From contig JARFYF010000007.1 of assembly GCA_030265395.1 (NCBI GenBank), forward strand, positions 47,884,346 through 47,948,345: DNA of 64,000 bases, in the 5' to 3' direction. This document shows, one piece after another, positions 38,751 through 51,550 of this stretch (positions are counted from its first letter, which is position 1; each line of letters begins with the position of its first letter). The notes beneath the pieces were generated by a model that saw only the letters and a list, made by a program, of their open reading frames with translations, was not told the origin of the DNA and searched no databases. Source of the stretch: Rhina ancylostomus. Its lineage: Eukaryota. A program made the translations under genes and the position numbers.

Positions 38751-40261
38751 TCCTTACTTATACTATTTCCATAATGGACTGTCTGAAAGCCACTTTCAAT
38801 TTTGATACCAATGTGTTGTGTACTTGAAGGCAAAATATAACTTGCAAATTGATCATTAATTGGTCTGTATAAAGGTGATCACTTATGCCAGGGCTTGTTT
38901 TAAAATGCACCAAACTGTGCTGCTCCCCAGAGGAATTAAAGAGACACTGCCAAATGTACATAAATACTACATTACCACTAACCCACAAAGTTAGTATAAA
39001 TTAAAACCTAACTAGCATGTTAGGGAGTTTTAACGGATAGTATTCTCAGATATGTTCTACACATTATGCACATCATCTCAAATATCTCATCAGTTAGATC
39101 AATGGTTAATCAGCCATCCCTTTGTAAAATATCCTTCCTAACAAAAAGACCCCAAACATTTACTGGATTAATACAATCCCATTTACCTCGGGATGACACA
39201 TAAAAACTGAATAATGGTAACCAGACATCAATTCTGAGAAACAGAAAAAGAGGACTTTATGGAATAGATTTTGACTTGATGCCCTGGCAGAATATGGTCA
39301 TTATGGGGTGGTCATCCATAACATAATCATGTCAAATTTCTAGTGTCAGGGCAGCGTGCTGGAAGACCTGAGCCTTTAACCACTCATTTATTCCCATGTG
39401 TAAAATGGCTGTTGGGCTTGCCTATAACTGTAATTGCATTTCAAAAGATAATTAATCTTTTGTTTAAAGCTTTGGGCTTCCCTGAGGGTATGAAATGTGC
39501 TTTATAAATCTAAGTTCTGTCAAAAATTATTTCAGAATAATTCAAGGATAAAGATTTCTCCCATGAACATCTGCAACTTTTCAACTATCTTAATTTCAAA
39601 ACACAAGCAGCATAAAAAAGGGTAATTTGCAGAATAACTTTATTGACATTATTCCATCTGGAGTATCAAGAGTTGATGAGAAGGATGTTCCAATTTTCTC
39701 AATGATGTGTATCTGCAGTTTCCCACAAATGGGTCTGAAGTTTTGGTGAGTTAACAGAAAATGGGGCTCATGCCTCCCAATATGAATCCATTACTAACCC
39801 ACTGTAGTTTTCCCCAGGGGCTGTCACCTTCCATCAGAGGAAATTTTAAATAATACTCCCATCTCTGATAGGTTAACTGCCACTGATCTGGAGAAAATTA
39901 TAAAATAGGCAATGGTTTTAAAAGTAAGAAGCGAGATGAAGATTTGATGTGTAGAAGGTTGAAGCAGCAAGACTAGTTTGAGGTTTGTCACTAGTTGGAA
40001 GTGCTCCATTAAAGGTCTTTGGGCAGTAGTCAGACCTGGATGTATTGATGGCACTAAACCCTATAAGGAAGCTGGTTGGTGGCCAGTGAAATTTTCATCA
40101 CCCCAAGAACACTGTGTAAAAAGAGGTTCAATGACTTCTTTAAATGACCATGGCAAATCCTCTTCCACTCACTCAGCTTTACTCAACACATATGCTTTGT
40201 ATTTTAACAAATCGATAATAGTGAAATTCATTTATTCAAAGGGTATACGCCATAGTTAAGC

Positions 40262-40668
40262 ATCTTTGCCCTCCTCCACCGACACCATCTGCACATCAAC
40301 CACACACTCCTGCCACTGGTTCTTGTCTGCCCACCATACCTCCTTTATTTGGTTCAACTCTTCACCTTCCTTTCTTATCAGATTGCATCATCTGCAGCCC
40401 TTTGTTGCCTCCACTTATCACCTCCCAGCTTCTGTCGCTATCTCAACACTTTCCTCCTTCACCTGACTCCATTTGCCAATCAACCCCTCTTGAATCCACC
40501 AATTTACCAGCTCTTGCTCCACTGCTCCTCTCACCTCTTCATACTGGTTATCTCCCATCTACTCTTTCAGTCCTGACTAAGAGTCTCGACCGAAAAAGTC
40601 AACTGTCCATTTCCCTCCACAGATGCTCATTTTTTGCTCGGATTCCAGCATCTGCAGTCTCCTGTGTT
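40262..40668 (+). mobile_element. Penelope 3' region + pseudo-LTR
   Basis: Pyrimidine-rich PLE 3' text ending cagtc-ctgactaa-gagtctcgacc-gaaaaagtc-aactgtccatttccctccacagatgct..gattccagcatctgcagtctc. Confidence 0.8.
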
Positions 40669-40859
40669 TATACACCATAAAGTTTGTCACCCATGGCTAC
40701 ATTGGTCTAGGTGTAATCAATGGAAATCTAATATTTAAGTGAAGCAAAGTTAGATGCTGGAGAATAATTAGATCAGGATATTTAGAGTTAATTCTTTGTT
40801 CAAAATTATTAAGGCCAGTGAAGGTCCAGGGGCAGTAATGATCTCACTGAGTAAGGCTA

Positions 40860-41230
40860 AAGGCAATCATGAGGCAACTATACTGCATGCCTTTTGAGTA
40901 TAACATCAAGATAGAAGAGGTGCAGGAGATGGGCAGTAACACTGACTCCCCAGAGTACAGGGCTGCATTGACGTGGATTATTATGCATGGATGGCACAAA
41001 TCCCACAAGAAGGCTGTGCAAGCTGCCTTCACCAGCCCAAGACCACAGTGCAAGAAGGAATTTATGAGTAAGGTCTATCAACATAGTAGGGAAGCAGCAG
41101 GATTTTGACAAGCAATGAATTTTTAGGCTGCATGACATCAACAGAGTCAGGGGCTTATGTTAATTCCTGGGTAAAAGACTGTGGGAAGTAGCTAGTTTCT
41201 GGTCCACCTATCAAGGAATCCATGGTGAAT
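40860..41230 (+). mobile_element. Ty3/Gypsy pol fossil (RNase H end to integrase H2C2 region)
   Basis: MRQLYCMPFEYNIK / IEEVQEMGSNTDSPEYRAALTWIIMHGW / HDINR..AYVNS resemble RxRLRLQPYDFTIKY / LEEIRxAxxxDPEYxxLxxxIxxGW / WPGINxDIxxYVNSC. Confidence 0.5.
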
Positions 41231-44200
41231 TTAACCAGCAGCAACGTTACTAATTTGCTGTCTCACCCTTCAATTGGAATTGTCTTTCAAATACCAGTTG
41301 GAACATGGCAGGTGTGGGCATCTAAATAGGCACTGGGAAGGTGGTTGCAAGAGCGAGCTGGGGAAGTCCAGGGCATAGGGCACCCAAATTCTCCTTGTGG
41401 ATCTGGGAGGAATATNNNNNNNNNNNNNNNNNNNNNNNNNNNNNNNNNNNNNNNNNNNNNNNNNNNNNNNNNNNNNNNNNNNNNNNNNNNNNNNNNNNNN
41501 NNNNNNNNNNNNNNNNNNNNNNNNNNNNNNNNNNNNNNNNNNNNNNNNNNNNNNNNNNNNNNNNNNNNNNNNNNNNNNNNNNNNNNNNNNNNNNNNNNNN
41601 NNNNNNNNNNNNNNNNNNNNNNNNNNNNNNNNNNNNNNNNNNNNNNNNNNNNNNNTAAGTTACCAGAAGCAGTTTATTTGTCCAATTGTCACACTTTTAC
41701 TGAATGGGAAGGGTTAATATCCTTATGCTCCCTAGCCGAAAACGTCTGGTAGCAAGTCTCAAGTTCAGTCAAGAGCAAGGATCCAAGGCATCACAATGCA
41801 AGATTTCAGCCAATCTCAAAGGAAAAGTTTGGAGAAATATGAATTGAAATAAAATGGCTTAAAATGTATGTTTATGAGTCTAGGATAGGTGCAGCTGTGG
41901 GGAGGAGGGGAGGAGAGGAGGAGAGGGGAGAGTGAGAATGAATGGCTCTCCACCACAAGGTGGTGTTATAGTCAATAGTCACATAGCAGCCAACAACACA
42001 CTGGAGATCTTAGTCACCACAAAATGAACATTACTGATAAGTGGTAGAGGTGATTATTGACAGGCAAATTTGAGTGCATTATTGCAATTCTCCCAGGTAT
42101 AAGGGATAAGACAATTCACAACATTCCAGATGTTTTCTTGGAAATATTTAACTTAATTTTGAAACATTAAATTCAAATTAATTAATGTGAATTGCAAACA
42201 TTGATTATCAGAATGTTTCCCTGATTATGCAGCATTCCAAATTATATTTTATAAAACTGTATAGTCAGATTACACAAATAGAAATTTAAAAAAGATCTCA
42301 TCTGTACTTCTATACATCAAGAACCAAAGATCTAATTCCACATCACTGCCTCCTCCGTTTCTCACAGAGCTTGTATCCTCTCCCAAGCCTGAGCTGCTCT
42401 CTGGGGAAAATTCAGGCATGTCAACTTGGCAGCAATCACCATTCCCAGGAAATCGGCACAACGTTCACACTACCATCAAATAACAGGGTAACATTCTCAT
42501 ACATTTTACTCATTTCCTCACTCCCTCACCCATGGACAGCTCTTAAAAGGTTTCAGCCTGTGTGAAGAACTGCATCACATTTATCATGTTTTCTCTTATA
42601 ACCACTGTGAACTTGAGTCAAATGGAGAGCATACGACTTTTATATGGATTTTTCACATTAACATACTATGTTTTTACTTTAACAATAATAAAAAAAAGCT
42701 TTGAACACATGTAACCTACAGTGATTGTTTCTTCCTCATACTTCTGAGGAACCACAAAAAGAAAGTATTGGGATAAAAAGATTGAAGACTGTATCATCTA
42801 AGAGGTTGCACCTGGGCTGGAGGAAGCAGCAATGAATGTCATCAATAACCACATCATTTGAGAGTTGTCTTTTATCAAATCTGAGGCCCTTGCTTGGTTA
42901 AGGAGATAATCTAGCTTCTCAGTTCTGATCTAATGGAGCTCACACGATTCTTGGCATAAGCACCAAAATTTTGTTGAAATAACACATAGGAGTTCTATTT
43001 CTTTTGCATTTTATTAACCCAGCACTAATGTGGAGTTAATTTATTCTTCAATTCTAGATCAGTGGTTTTAAATGATTTAAAGAATGTATAGAGTTAACTA
43101 TATCTAAATTAACACATTTTACCAAAGTTTTTACAACATAAAATAGAACAACTTCTTAATATACTGTAATTCCTCCAAAATTTAAAACAATATTCAATGG
43201 AATGATTAATGACATCACATTTTTCTTTTCACCCTAATGAATAAGTTAATTTATGAAATTGGGACTTAATTTCATGCAGATTTTTTGGCTTGCCTTCAGG
43301 AATATGTTGGTAATTGCTTTGCTTTATTATCAAGCATATGTAGCGATGCTATACCAACTTCAGAAATGCAAACAATTAATCTGATCTAAAATACCATGAT
43401 GCAGCAATCAATATAGAATCCCAGCTATTTGTAAAACACTGTCTAATATATCAAGCTTTCCTTTAGCTCTGAGATGTCAGCTACTGGAATCTATTGCATA
43501 TGCAAAAAGCTCCAAAGTTTTTTTTGCTGTTGCACCCCTAAAACACAGTAAATTGCAAAACTGTGACAAAGTTAATCACATCTGGAAAGTGTCTTTAAGT
43601 TCTGTCTGAGAACATCCCTACACTTGGTCAAATAGCTCAAATTTTGGGGTCTCATTCGACACCAAAAGATACCATGTGAAGATTATTTGCTGTCCAATGG
43701 AACTCATTGCGTCTCTCAAGTTGCCTACTGGAATCTAAAGGCTTTTAACCATGATTCATAACATTTTGGCTCCAAATTCTATCCCATTTTTTCCAACACT
43801 GCTAGAATACACACCCTGCCATTCACCCCCGATAATCCTGCCAGTGCTGACCAAAGAGAACTACAGGTCTGACTATTGATATGTTTGCTTTCTTTTAACT
43901 TCGTAAAGTGGGAATTAAATTTTTCTTATAAATAGTTGAAAGGCTATTACAGCAAAAAAAAAATTACAGGAATGTTCTATGACTAGAAGAGAACGAGACA
44001 GATTGAATTGCCCAAGTGGTCAGAACACTCTGTGTTTCTGACACCTTCAGAGCTTGTACATATGATCAAGGTATATATCCTACCATAATATAGCAGAGTA
44101 AGTATATCTTACCACAATATAGCCCTGTAAGGGCTGCTATCTTTTAAGTGAACTGTTAAACCAAGGGCTTGCTCCTGTGATGAGAAAAGATCCACGACAT

Positions 44201-45686
44201 TCAATGACACCCTGATTAACATGCTTCCCTTCAACCATTACCGACGGAAACAGATTAACTGATCATAGAGTTGTTTGCAGTTCTTAGGGCTTTCTCTATG
44301 TTGATTCATTGGAGCATGTGGCTACAATGCAATTGTGACCACATTTCAAGATGAAATTAGCTGTAAAATTGTTTGTGACATCTTGAAGATAAAAGCAAAC
44401 ACTTTATGCAGTATAAACTGGATATGGATGCTTACACCTCCAGGGCCAGGAAAGAGTCTGTTATGCTTTCATTTATGCCTTCATTCCATCGCAACCATGT
44501 GAATATTGGCATAAGCAACAACAGACAAAATATACATTAGTTTTAGAATACAGTGACTGCATACAATATAACAAATTGGCAGTAAATATAAAGCAGTAAT
44601 TCAATCTCATACTTTTACAAGTATTCCATAAACCACAGGAGCAAAACCCAAATGTTTTATCAGAAATGTTCGGTTGAATTGCTGCTTTGTAATTCACTGG
44701 CAACCATTTATTAACCTATAACAGAAGTACGTGACCTGTTCAAACTCAGGGCCACAATACTCAAGGAACTATCTTGAAAGCAGCAGAACATCTAAAATTA
44801 AGAATATGGATACTGGAAAAGCTCAGCAGATCAGACACCGTCTATGGAGAGAAACATCAGACTGAAAGGTTGTGGACCTATAACAATAACTTCATTTCAC
44901 TTTTCACAGATGCTGTCAGAGTTGCTGAGTTTTCCCAAATTCATCTCCTTTTATGCTAAGAATTATGTTGCATTCGCTCACTCAACAATATTTCCCATCT
45001 CCTCCAACCCAGAACAAGGAAAGGATTCCCTTTGTTCTCACCCTACACCAACTATATAATCAACAGATCACCTTTGTGATTTCCACCACTAGGTGATTTT
45101 CGCCTCCTCTCCCAGCATTTTGAAGGGACCATCCGCTCCAAGACTCCTGGTTTGTCCTTCTATCTCCACAAACCACTCCCCTTCTCACAGCACTTTCCTA
45201 TGTAACTGTGGCATATATAACCCCCGCCCTTTTATCTCCTCCCTTTCCACCTTCCCACAACCCAACAATCCACGTGAAGCAGCTATTAACTTTTTTTTTC
45301 CCCTTTCGTGTATTGCATCTGGTGCTCATCAGGAGGTCTCCTCTATGTCAGAGAAACTAATTGCAGGTTGGATGACTGCCTGGCAGTGCAACTCTGTTCA
45401 ATTTACCTAGGCGTCCCTGAGCCTCTGGCTGCCTGTCACTCCAGTTCTCTATTCCACTCCCACTCTGAACTCTCCATCTTTGGGCTCCTACTTGTTCCAG
45501 TGCTGCCCAATGTAAACTAAAGGAACAGCACCAAATCCTCTATCAAGGTATGTTTCAGCTCTCAGTTCTCAATATTGAATTCAACAATTTCAGGTAACAA
45601 GCACTTTTTCCTTTTGTTCCATGGAGGTTGCTGGATATTTAAGTTTCAATTTGCTCCTTTGTTTCTCTTTCTTCTGTCTCTAACTG

Positions 45687-45993
45687 ATACTGCACTAACT
45701 CAATGTAACTACACTGTTAAATGAATTGACCTGTACGATCCATATGCAAGACAAGTTTTTAACTGTACCTCGGTACAAGTGACAATAATAAACCAATACC
45801 AATACCTGAGACACAAGAGATTCTGTAGATGCTGGAATCTGGAGCAACACGCACAAAATGCTGGAAGAACTCAGCAGGTCAGGCAGCATCTATGGAGGGA
45901 AATAAATAGCTGACGTTTCGGGTCAAGACCCTTCATCAGGACTCTGATATGCGGCCTGAACTGCTGATTTCCTCCAGCATTTTGTGTGTGTTG
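45687..45993 (+). mobile_element. Composite insertion: Rex1/Babar 3' tail (45687-45806) + Penelope pseudo-LTR hairpin (45807-45993), bounded by a 15-bp direct repeat
   Basis: ttctgtctctaactg at 45672-45686 and 45994-46008. The tail gtgacaataataaaccaataccaatacc matches 63858-63874. Confidence 0.85.
45908..45945 (-). ncRNA. Minimal type-I hammerhead ribozyme motif (Penelope-type)
   Basis: Minus-strand RNA AGAGUC-CUGAUGA-A-GGGUCUUGACCC-GAAAC-GUC-AGCU has both conserved core boxes, a perfect stem II, a palindromic ACGU stem III and a GUC cleavage triplet. Stem I is weak. Confidence 0.7.
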
Positions 45994-47379
45994 TTCTGTC
46001 TCTAACTGTTGGTTTGTAAAATAATGGTTAATCTGACCATTTGGCCAACACCCAATCTCAGACATTCCCTCTACTTTCTTCTGCCCTCCCCCTTTTGCAA
46101 CTAAAATCATGCTCGTTTTCTCACTGCTTTTCTGAAGAAGCATCACAGACCTGAAGTGTTGACTCAGATTGTTTCTTGCTTTCCATGGATGCTGCCTGAC
46201 CTGCTGAGCACTTCTGGCAGTTTGTGTTTTTGTTTCAGGCTTCCAGCATCTGCTGTTTTTTTGCCCCAAATATTTCCCCTCTCCGTGGGGAACAATTAAT
46301 CTTTGCTTACTACCATTCCCTGGTGAAATACTTGGAGACATGGGACCTCTGTGTGAGGAACTGCTGTATCCTGACACCTGATGCCATTGTTGATTAAAGC
46401 ACAAAAGCTCTCACAGATTTTAATCAAATCCTTCGTCTCTGATGGTCTCCTTTCTGTCTTACAATCTTGATTGCTGCATTGCAAATAATCTCAGTTGGAG
46501 CACTGTTACACTGAACAGCCATAACTTTTACAACCATATTCAATGACTGCCAACACACAAAACTATATCCTGCAAAAAAAGCCGAATGAACTCATTAACA
46601 ATATAGAATGTTCATACTAAACAAATTTCTCTCCACCTCTTTCAGATTCTAACAAATCTCAAATTTCTTAACATTCCCACTCTCCGTTCCTCTCCTCAAC
46701 AATCCTCCCGTGGATTCTGGGTTTTAAAATGTTTGTTTGTAACAGAAACATAATCTCATATCTTTAATTTCCAATTTAAATTGAGGTAAAACTTACACGA
46801 TTAATAAAAATATCCAAGGAACTGATATTTATAACATCTGGTTCTATTAACCCCAAGGAGTCCAGGAATCATTAGTTCCCACACAAACACAATTCACTTT
46901 CTACTGAATTGCTCCCTGTTGGCCTATATCATGGTCATATTGGCTGCATCTGTTAACACTGCAGCATTAATCCAGGGATAATCCACCTCAATCATACTTG
47001 CCTGAAGAAAGCTTACTGGTAATAACTGACAATTGGTAAGTGTCTTTGGCTTCAAACCCCAGTGGGTTACAGACTAGAAGAACAGATATTCACCTGGAAC
47101 TAAATATATAAAACTTCTTTTAACTGTCCTTAGTCTAAAATCATCTTACATGGTAGAATAATGAAATAAGCATCTCTTCAGTACTAAGATATCATGCACT
47201 GCAAGTGGGAAAGGAGAGGGAGTGGACCACGTATTTACCTACAGCCTAGGATTTCAACAGTACTGATGCAAAGGCATTTACCAGACAAGACGTTTATGAC
47301 CGTCCTGGATTCCTTAAGGTAAGACACTGAATCAACAGAGTTCGAATAGCCAAAAGAGATCACATACGTCAGAAGGGCC

Positions 47380-47480
47380 CTAAGAACAACATAAGAACTC
47401 AAGAAAATAGGAGCAGGAGTAGCCACTTGGCCCTTCAAACCTATCCTGCCATTCAATATGATCATGGCTGACCTGCCACA
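47380..47480 (-). mobile_element. CR1 3' tail
   Basis: cataagaactcaagaaaataggagcaggagtagccacttggcccttcaaacc..ccattcaatatgatcatggctga. Confidence 0.8.
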
Positions 47481-48482
47481 TATCTTCAGAGGGGTCTGGA
47501 TCTGGATCCCAGAAAATTAAGCAATTATCAACCTGTAACATCAACTCTGTACTGATTTCCATAGATGCTGGCTAACCTACTGAATATTCCCTGCATTTTA
47601 TGGATTAATCCTGGAAGTTAAATAAGGCACTAAGTAGGCTGCTTGTGAAACACCGCATGTTTTTCCTAAACAGAAGTTTTGGAAGCATTAAAATCACAAT
47701 GAGGCTGTAAGGCCTATTTAGCTGTAGATCATTATCATAATTTAACTCTAGGTTAAAAAAAATCAGAGCCTAAATTATTGGCTGCCTTACCAACACCAAA
47801 TTACAGACAATTAACCATACAGAAGAAAATTCACTATTATTGAGGAGTTTAAGCTGCCTTTGTTATTTCTGACAGGCCACTTTACCTAAATTTTCAAGAG
47901 CAATGGAGTATGTAGATAACTGGAATACAGATAATGTTTTAACAAGTTGTTTTCTTTTCCTCCTCTCCCCTTTCCTCAAAGCTTTGCTGAATTATTTGGA
48001 ACTCCTGCCATTATTTGAGTCTACTTTGACAGTGAGTAACAGTAAGCCATTCAATAAGAGGAGCTGTTGTTCATAATAAACAAATCCAAGGCTGATGTTC
48101 AGATATGTGCCCAGAAGGGGTCACTAGTGAGCAATACGAAGCTGGAACGCTAGCCAACTCCCTTCCAAGTTTAGGGGTTCAGATGCCAATTAGAGGACAT
48201 TGATTGATACCATGTCTAACTCAGCACAGCCTGCAGTTTAATTCTTAAATCCTCCTTGCTGACAACATTCATTTATTCACCAGGTAAGCTCAATCTGCTG
48301 TTCAGGGTTGTTTGGAATCATTTAAACAATGAGAGGTAGGTACACACAAGTAGAGTGAAATGGAAGGTTGAAAGTCTTGGTACTCTTCAGTGACGTGTCC
48401 TCGAGCACCCGCAATAATATGTCCAAAAGCTGAGAACGCACTTTATAATGAGGAAACTGGAGGAAGTGGTGAAGTGAGTTGC

Positions 48483-48615
48483 AAACACAAAATATTGCAG
48501 ATGTTGGAAATCAGAAATGCCACAGAAAATGGTAGAAAGACTCAGTGGATTAGGCAGCTGCTGTGGAAAGAGAAATGAAATTAAGATTCAGGTTGATGAC
48601 CCCTTGTCAGAAGTT
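48483..48615 (-). mobile_element. Penelope pseudo-LTR (old)
   Basis: tattgcagatgttggaaatc..actcagtggattaggcagc..; minus-strand decayed core ctgacaaggggtcatcaacctgaatc. Confidence 0.65.
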
Positions 48616-48939
48616 AAGTGGAATGGATCAATTTTACACAAAGTATAATGGGAGCATTGTACAGGTTAACGTGAAGAAAGCAGTAAATGTGGATTCAATA
48701 GAGGATCATGTAATTTTATAGGTAGATAGGGATTGGAGGATATTATGAAAAAAAGAGGAAGATCAATAGGGAACAGGTTTCCTGAGTAAAACTATCTTTA
48801 CTGTTTCAAAACAAAAATTGCTTTGTACATTAACCAACAATTTTAAGCAAAATCATTTCAAACCTAACTATGAAAAGCCCAAGTTGAAAAGGCCAAAGAA
48901 GCAATTTGACTTTGTATGGCACAGTTTAATGAAAGAAAA

Positions 48940-49215
48940 TAAGACTTGCATTTATATAGCATCTTTCAGGACCTCAGGGTATCCTAAAGCATTTAACAGC
49001 CAATCAAGTACTTTGGAAGTGTGGTTCCTGTTGTAGGAGATGCAGCAGCCAAATTGTGACAGCTTGTCCCCACACACATTAATGCGATAACACCTCTGAT
49101 AATGCTGCATTCCATCACTACTTCAGTGGAAAGTCCATTCAGATCCCTGTCAATTCTTTAGTGTGGGACTTGAATCACAACCTTCTGACCCCGAGGCAAG
49201 AATATTACCAACTGC
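48940..49215 (-). mobile_element. Ancient Deu-domain-type SINE
   Basis: acttgcatttatatagcatctttcaggacctcagg..gtgggacttgaatcacaaccttctgaccccgaggcaagaa. Confidence 0.65.
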
Positions 49216-51331
49216 ACCAGCATTAATGATAATCTTATATCAGCTGGCAAAAATGTATCTTCCTGATTTTTGGGAAAGATATATGATAAACAACTAATCA
49301 CGTTATATTATTACAATAGACAAAATTGCCCTTTAATGGGTCCGTCTCATTTTCCTTCATTGTGAAGCTATCAGATGTATCTGAGTGTGTTTCTTTCTAC
49401 TTATCCAATGTTTCATTGAACATTTGTAGGATTATATGATACTTATCGATGAAGAGGATCATCTAGACCATCCTAATTTATCTTAGAGTACAACCTTGTA
49501 CGCCACCTATTATTTATTCAAATTAGTTAAGAATATATGAAACATAAGTAGGAGTAGCCTGCACACCCTTGTGCTTACTATGCCATTAAGTCTTATCTTA
49601 TTCACTTACTGGCATGATCGCCAAGTACAGAGTGCCCAAAATTCTATTGATTTCAACCTTCAGTGTATTCAGGTATGGGGCATTCATGGCTCTCTGAGGC
49701 AGAGGATTTCAAGGATTTAAAATGGTCTGAGTAAGGATTTTTTCATTAACTTAGTCTTAAATGTTCTGATGAAGCTCATCAACCTGGCAGCCTGACCTGC
49801 TAAATAGTTCAAGAATTCACTGTTTTTGAAAATCCAGAAGTACTAAATCCACAGTTTCTCCTTTACCCATATTTCTAGCCGCATCTAGGAACACCTCTAA
49901 GAGTTCATAAAAGCATGTTGACTCAACCTAATAACAAGATGATTTCATGAGCATCTAGTTGTCACATCCTTAATAATAGATACCATTATTTTGTTGGAAT
50001 AACTCTTCTATATTCCTCTATTTATTCTCCCCCTCCTTTTGGGGGTGGGGGGGATGTGTTGTGGAAAGCTGCCTTTGGAGAGGACTGAGGATTGCACTCA
50101 GGGAGATGTTAGGTTAGGTAGTGGGATGGAGGGTGGTTGGTTTAGTTGAAGATTGACTGGCAGTGGTCAGTTGCTCCACCTCTACCCCCAATATTTGACA
50201 TGCACCAAAGTCAGAGGGAGATATTGGGGGTAAAGTGGAGTAATTGATCATTATCATAAAGAAACTCAAGTTAGGCATCCACAAGGATGTTTCAGACTCT
50301 TTGGCAATGGCCCAGGAAACATTGGGCCCTGTAAATAATGCCAAAGCAAGGCCAAATGTTGAGGAATGGCCTACTTCACTGTCAAGGTCTGTCCTGTTCG
50401 CATACCTCTGCGACACAGTATCAAAAATCCAAAACTGGGATTTAACTTCTGATGAAATTCTGTTCTCTGGAGCAAAAGATAGTGCCTGGCATGGTAGAAT
50501 GACTAGTCCCAAATCTTTCCAGTCTTTCCTCATAATCGGTAACTCCTGACCGTAGAGAGCAGTTGAGCAGCTCCGTGCTGAACCTCCATGAGTGTAACAG
50601 CCTCCTTCATCTCTGTGTAATCAGAACTGGCACAGTGGCCAAACTGTAGGATGACCAGATTACTGGACATTTCTGATCATAATTCCCTCTGACCATATTT
50701 TACTGGTTTAGATACATTGTTGAGCTGTTCCTTATGCTGTTGATTATTGAGTCTTAAGTCAAATTAGATTCTTCAGTTTCTTTTAATTTCAACACTTCAT
50801 AAAATATGTACCTTACCAGTTTCCCTTCCCGTGTTCAATGGTTGATGCCTTTTTGCTTTAAATCACACAACATAAAAGAACTTTTGTCTTTTAATTAAAT
50901 GTACTCATCATTTAATNNNNNNNNNNGGTTGGGTTCTTTAATTCCATTGGTCCCCTGAATTTGGTTTCATCTGTAAGTTAAGCAGTGAAACCTTTTAACT
51001 GAGGTGGGGGGGGGGGGGGGTTATTATCAGGTTTCCTAATCTTAAAAACAGTTATGATATGCGTAATCAAAATGAACTAACAATTATGGGTTTAGCTGAA
51101 CCTCCAGCAGTGTCCCTTCTTTCTTTTGCTTTCTCTTGGGATTGTTTCTAATTCTGCAATGCTTATAAGGGGATGTGATTTCAATTCATTTACTATTTTT
51201 TTGGGCTTGCCAATTCTCAGTACTGTTTCCCATCAGGGGAAGGATGTGACCTGATGGGATCACATCCAAAGCAACTTGTACAGGGTGAGGAGCTGCAGCA
51301 GGATCAGAGTTTAGATCAGATCCCTGCCAAG

Positions 51332-51550
51332 TGGTTGGTAGCGTAGCGGTTAGCATAACGCTATCACAGCACCAGAAACCAGGGTTCAATTCCCGCCACT
51401 GTCTGTGAGGAGTTTGTATGTTCTTCCCGTGACTGCGTGAGTTTCCTCCCATATTCCAAAGACGTATGGGTTAGTAGGTTAACATGGATGTAACTGGGCA
51501 GCACAGGCCCGTTGGGTCAGAAGGGCCTGTTACAGTGCTGTAAAATAAAG
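51332..51550 (+). mobile_element. tRNA-derived V-SINE (short batoid-type copy)
   Basis: A box tagcgtagcgg, B box ggttcaattcc, V-domain ggagtttgtatgttcttcccgtgactgcgtg, CR1-type tail gaagggcctgttacagtgctgtaaaataaa. Confidence 0.88.

Larger units (their letters stand above)
44780..46262 (+). mobile_element. Old Penelope element: inverted + direct pseudo-LTR at the 5' end, GIY-YIG fragment, 3' pseudo-LTR; nested insertion at 45687-45993
   Basis: ORF 45308-45520 YCIWCSSGGLLYVRETNCRLDDCL..PEPLAACHSSSLFHSHSELSIFGLL. Terminal gatgctgcctgacctgctgagcacttctggca at ~46188-46220. Confidence 0.8.

Noticed and set aside
51332-51400. tRNA-like A/B boxes
   Set aside because: This is the head of a V-SINE followed by the V-domain and a CR1-type tail, not a tRNA gene.
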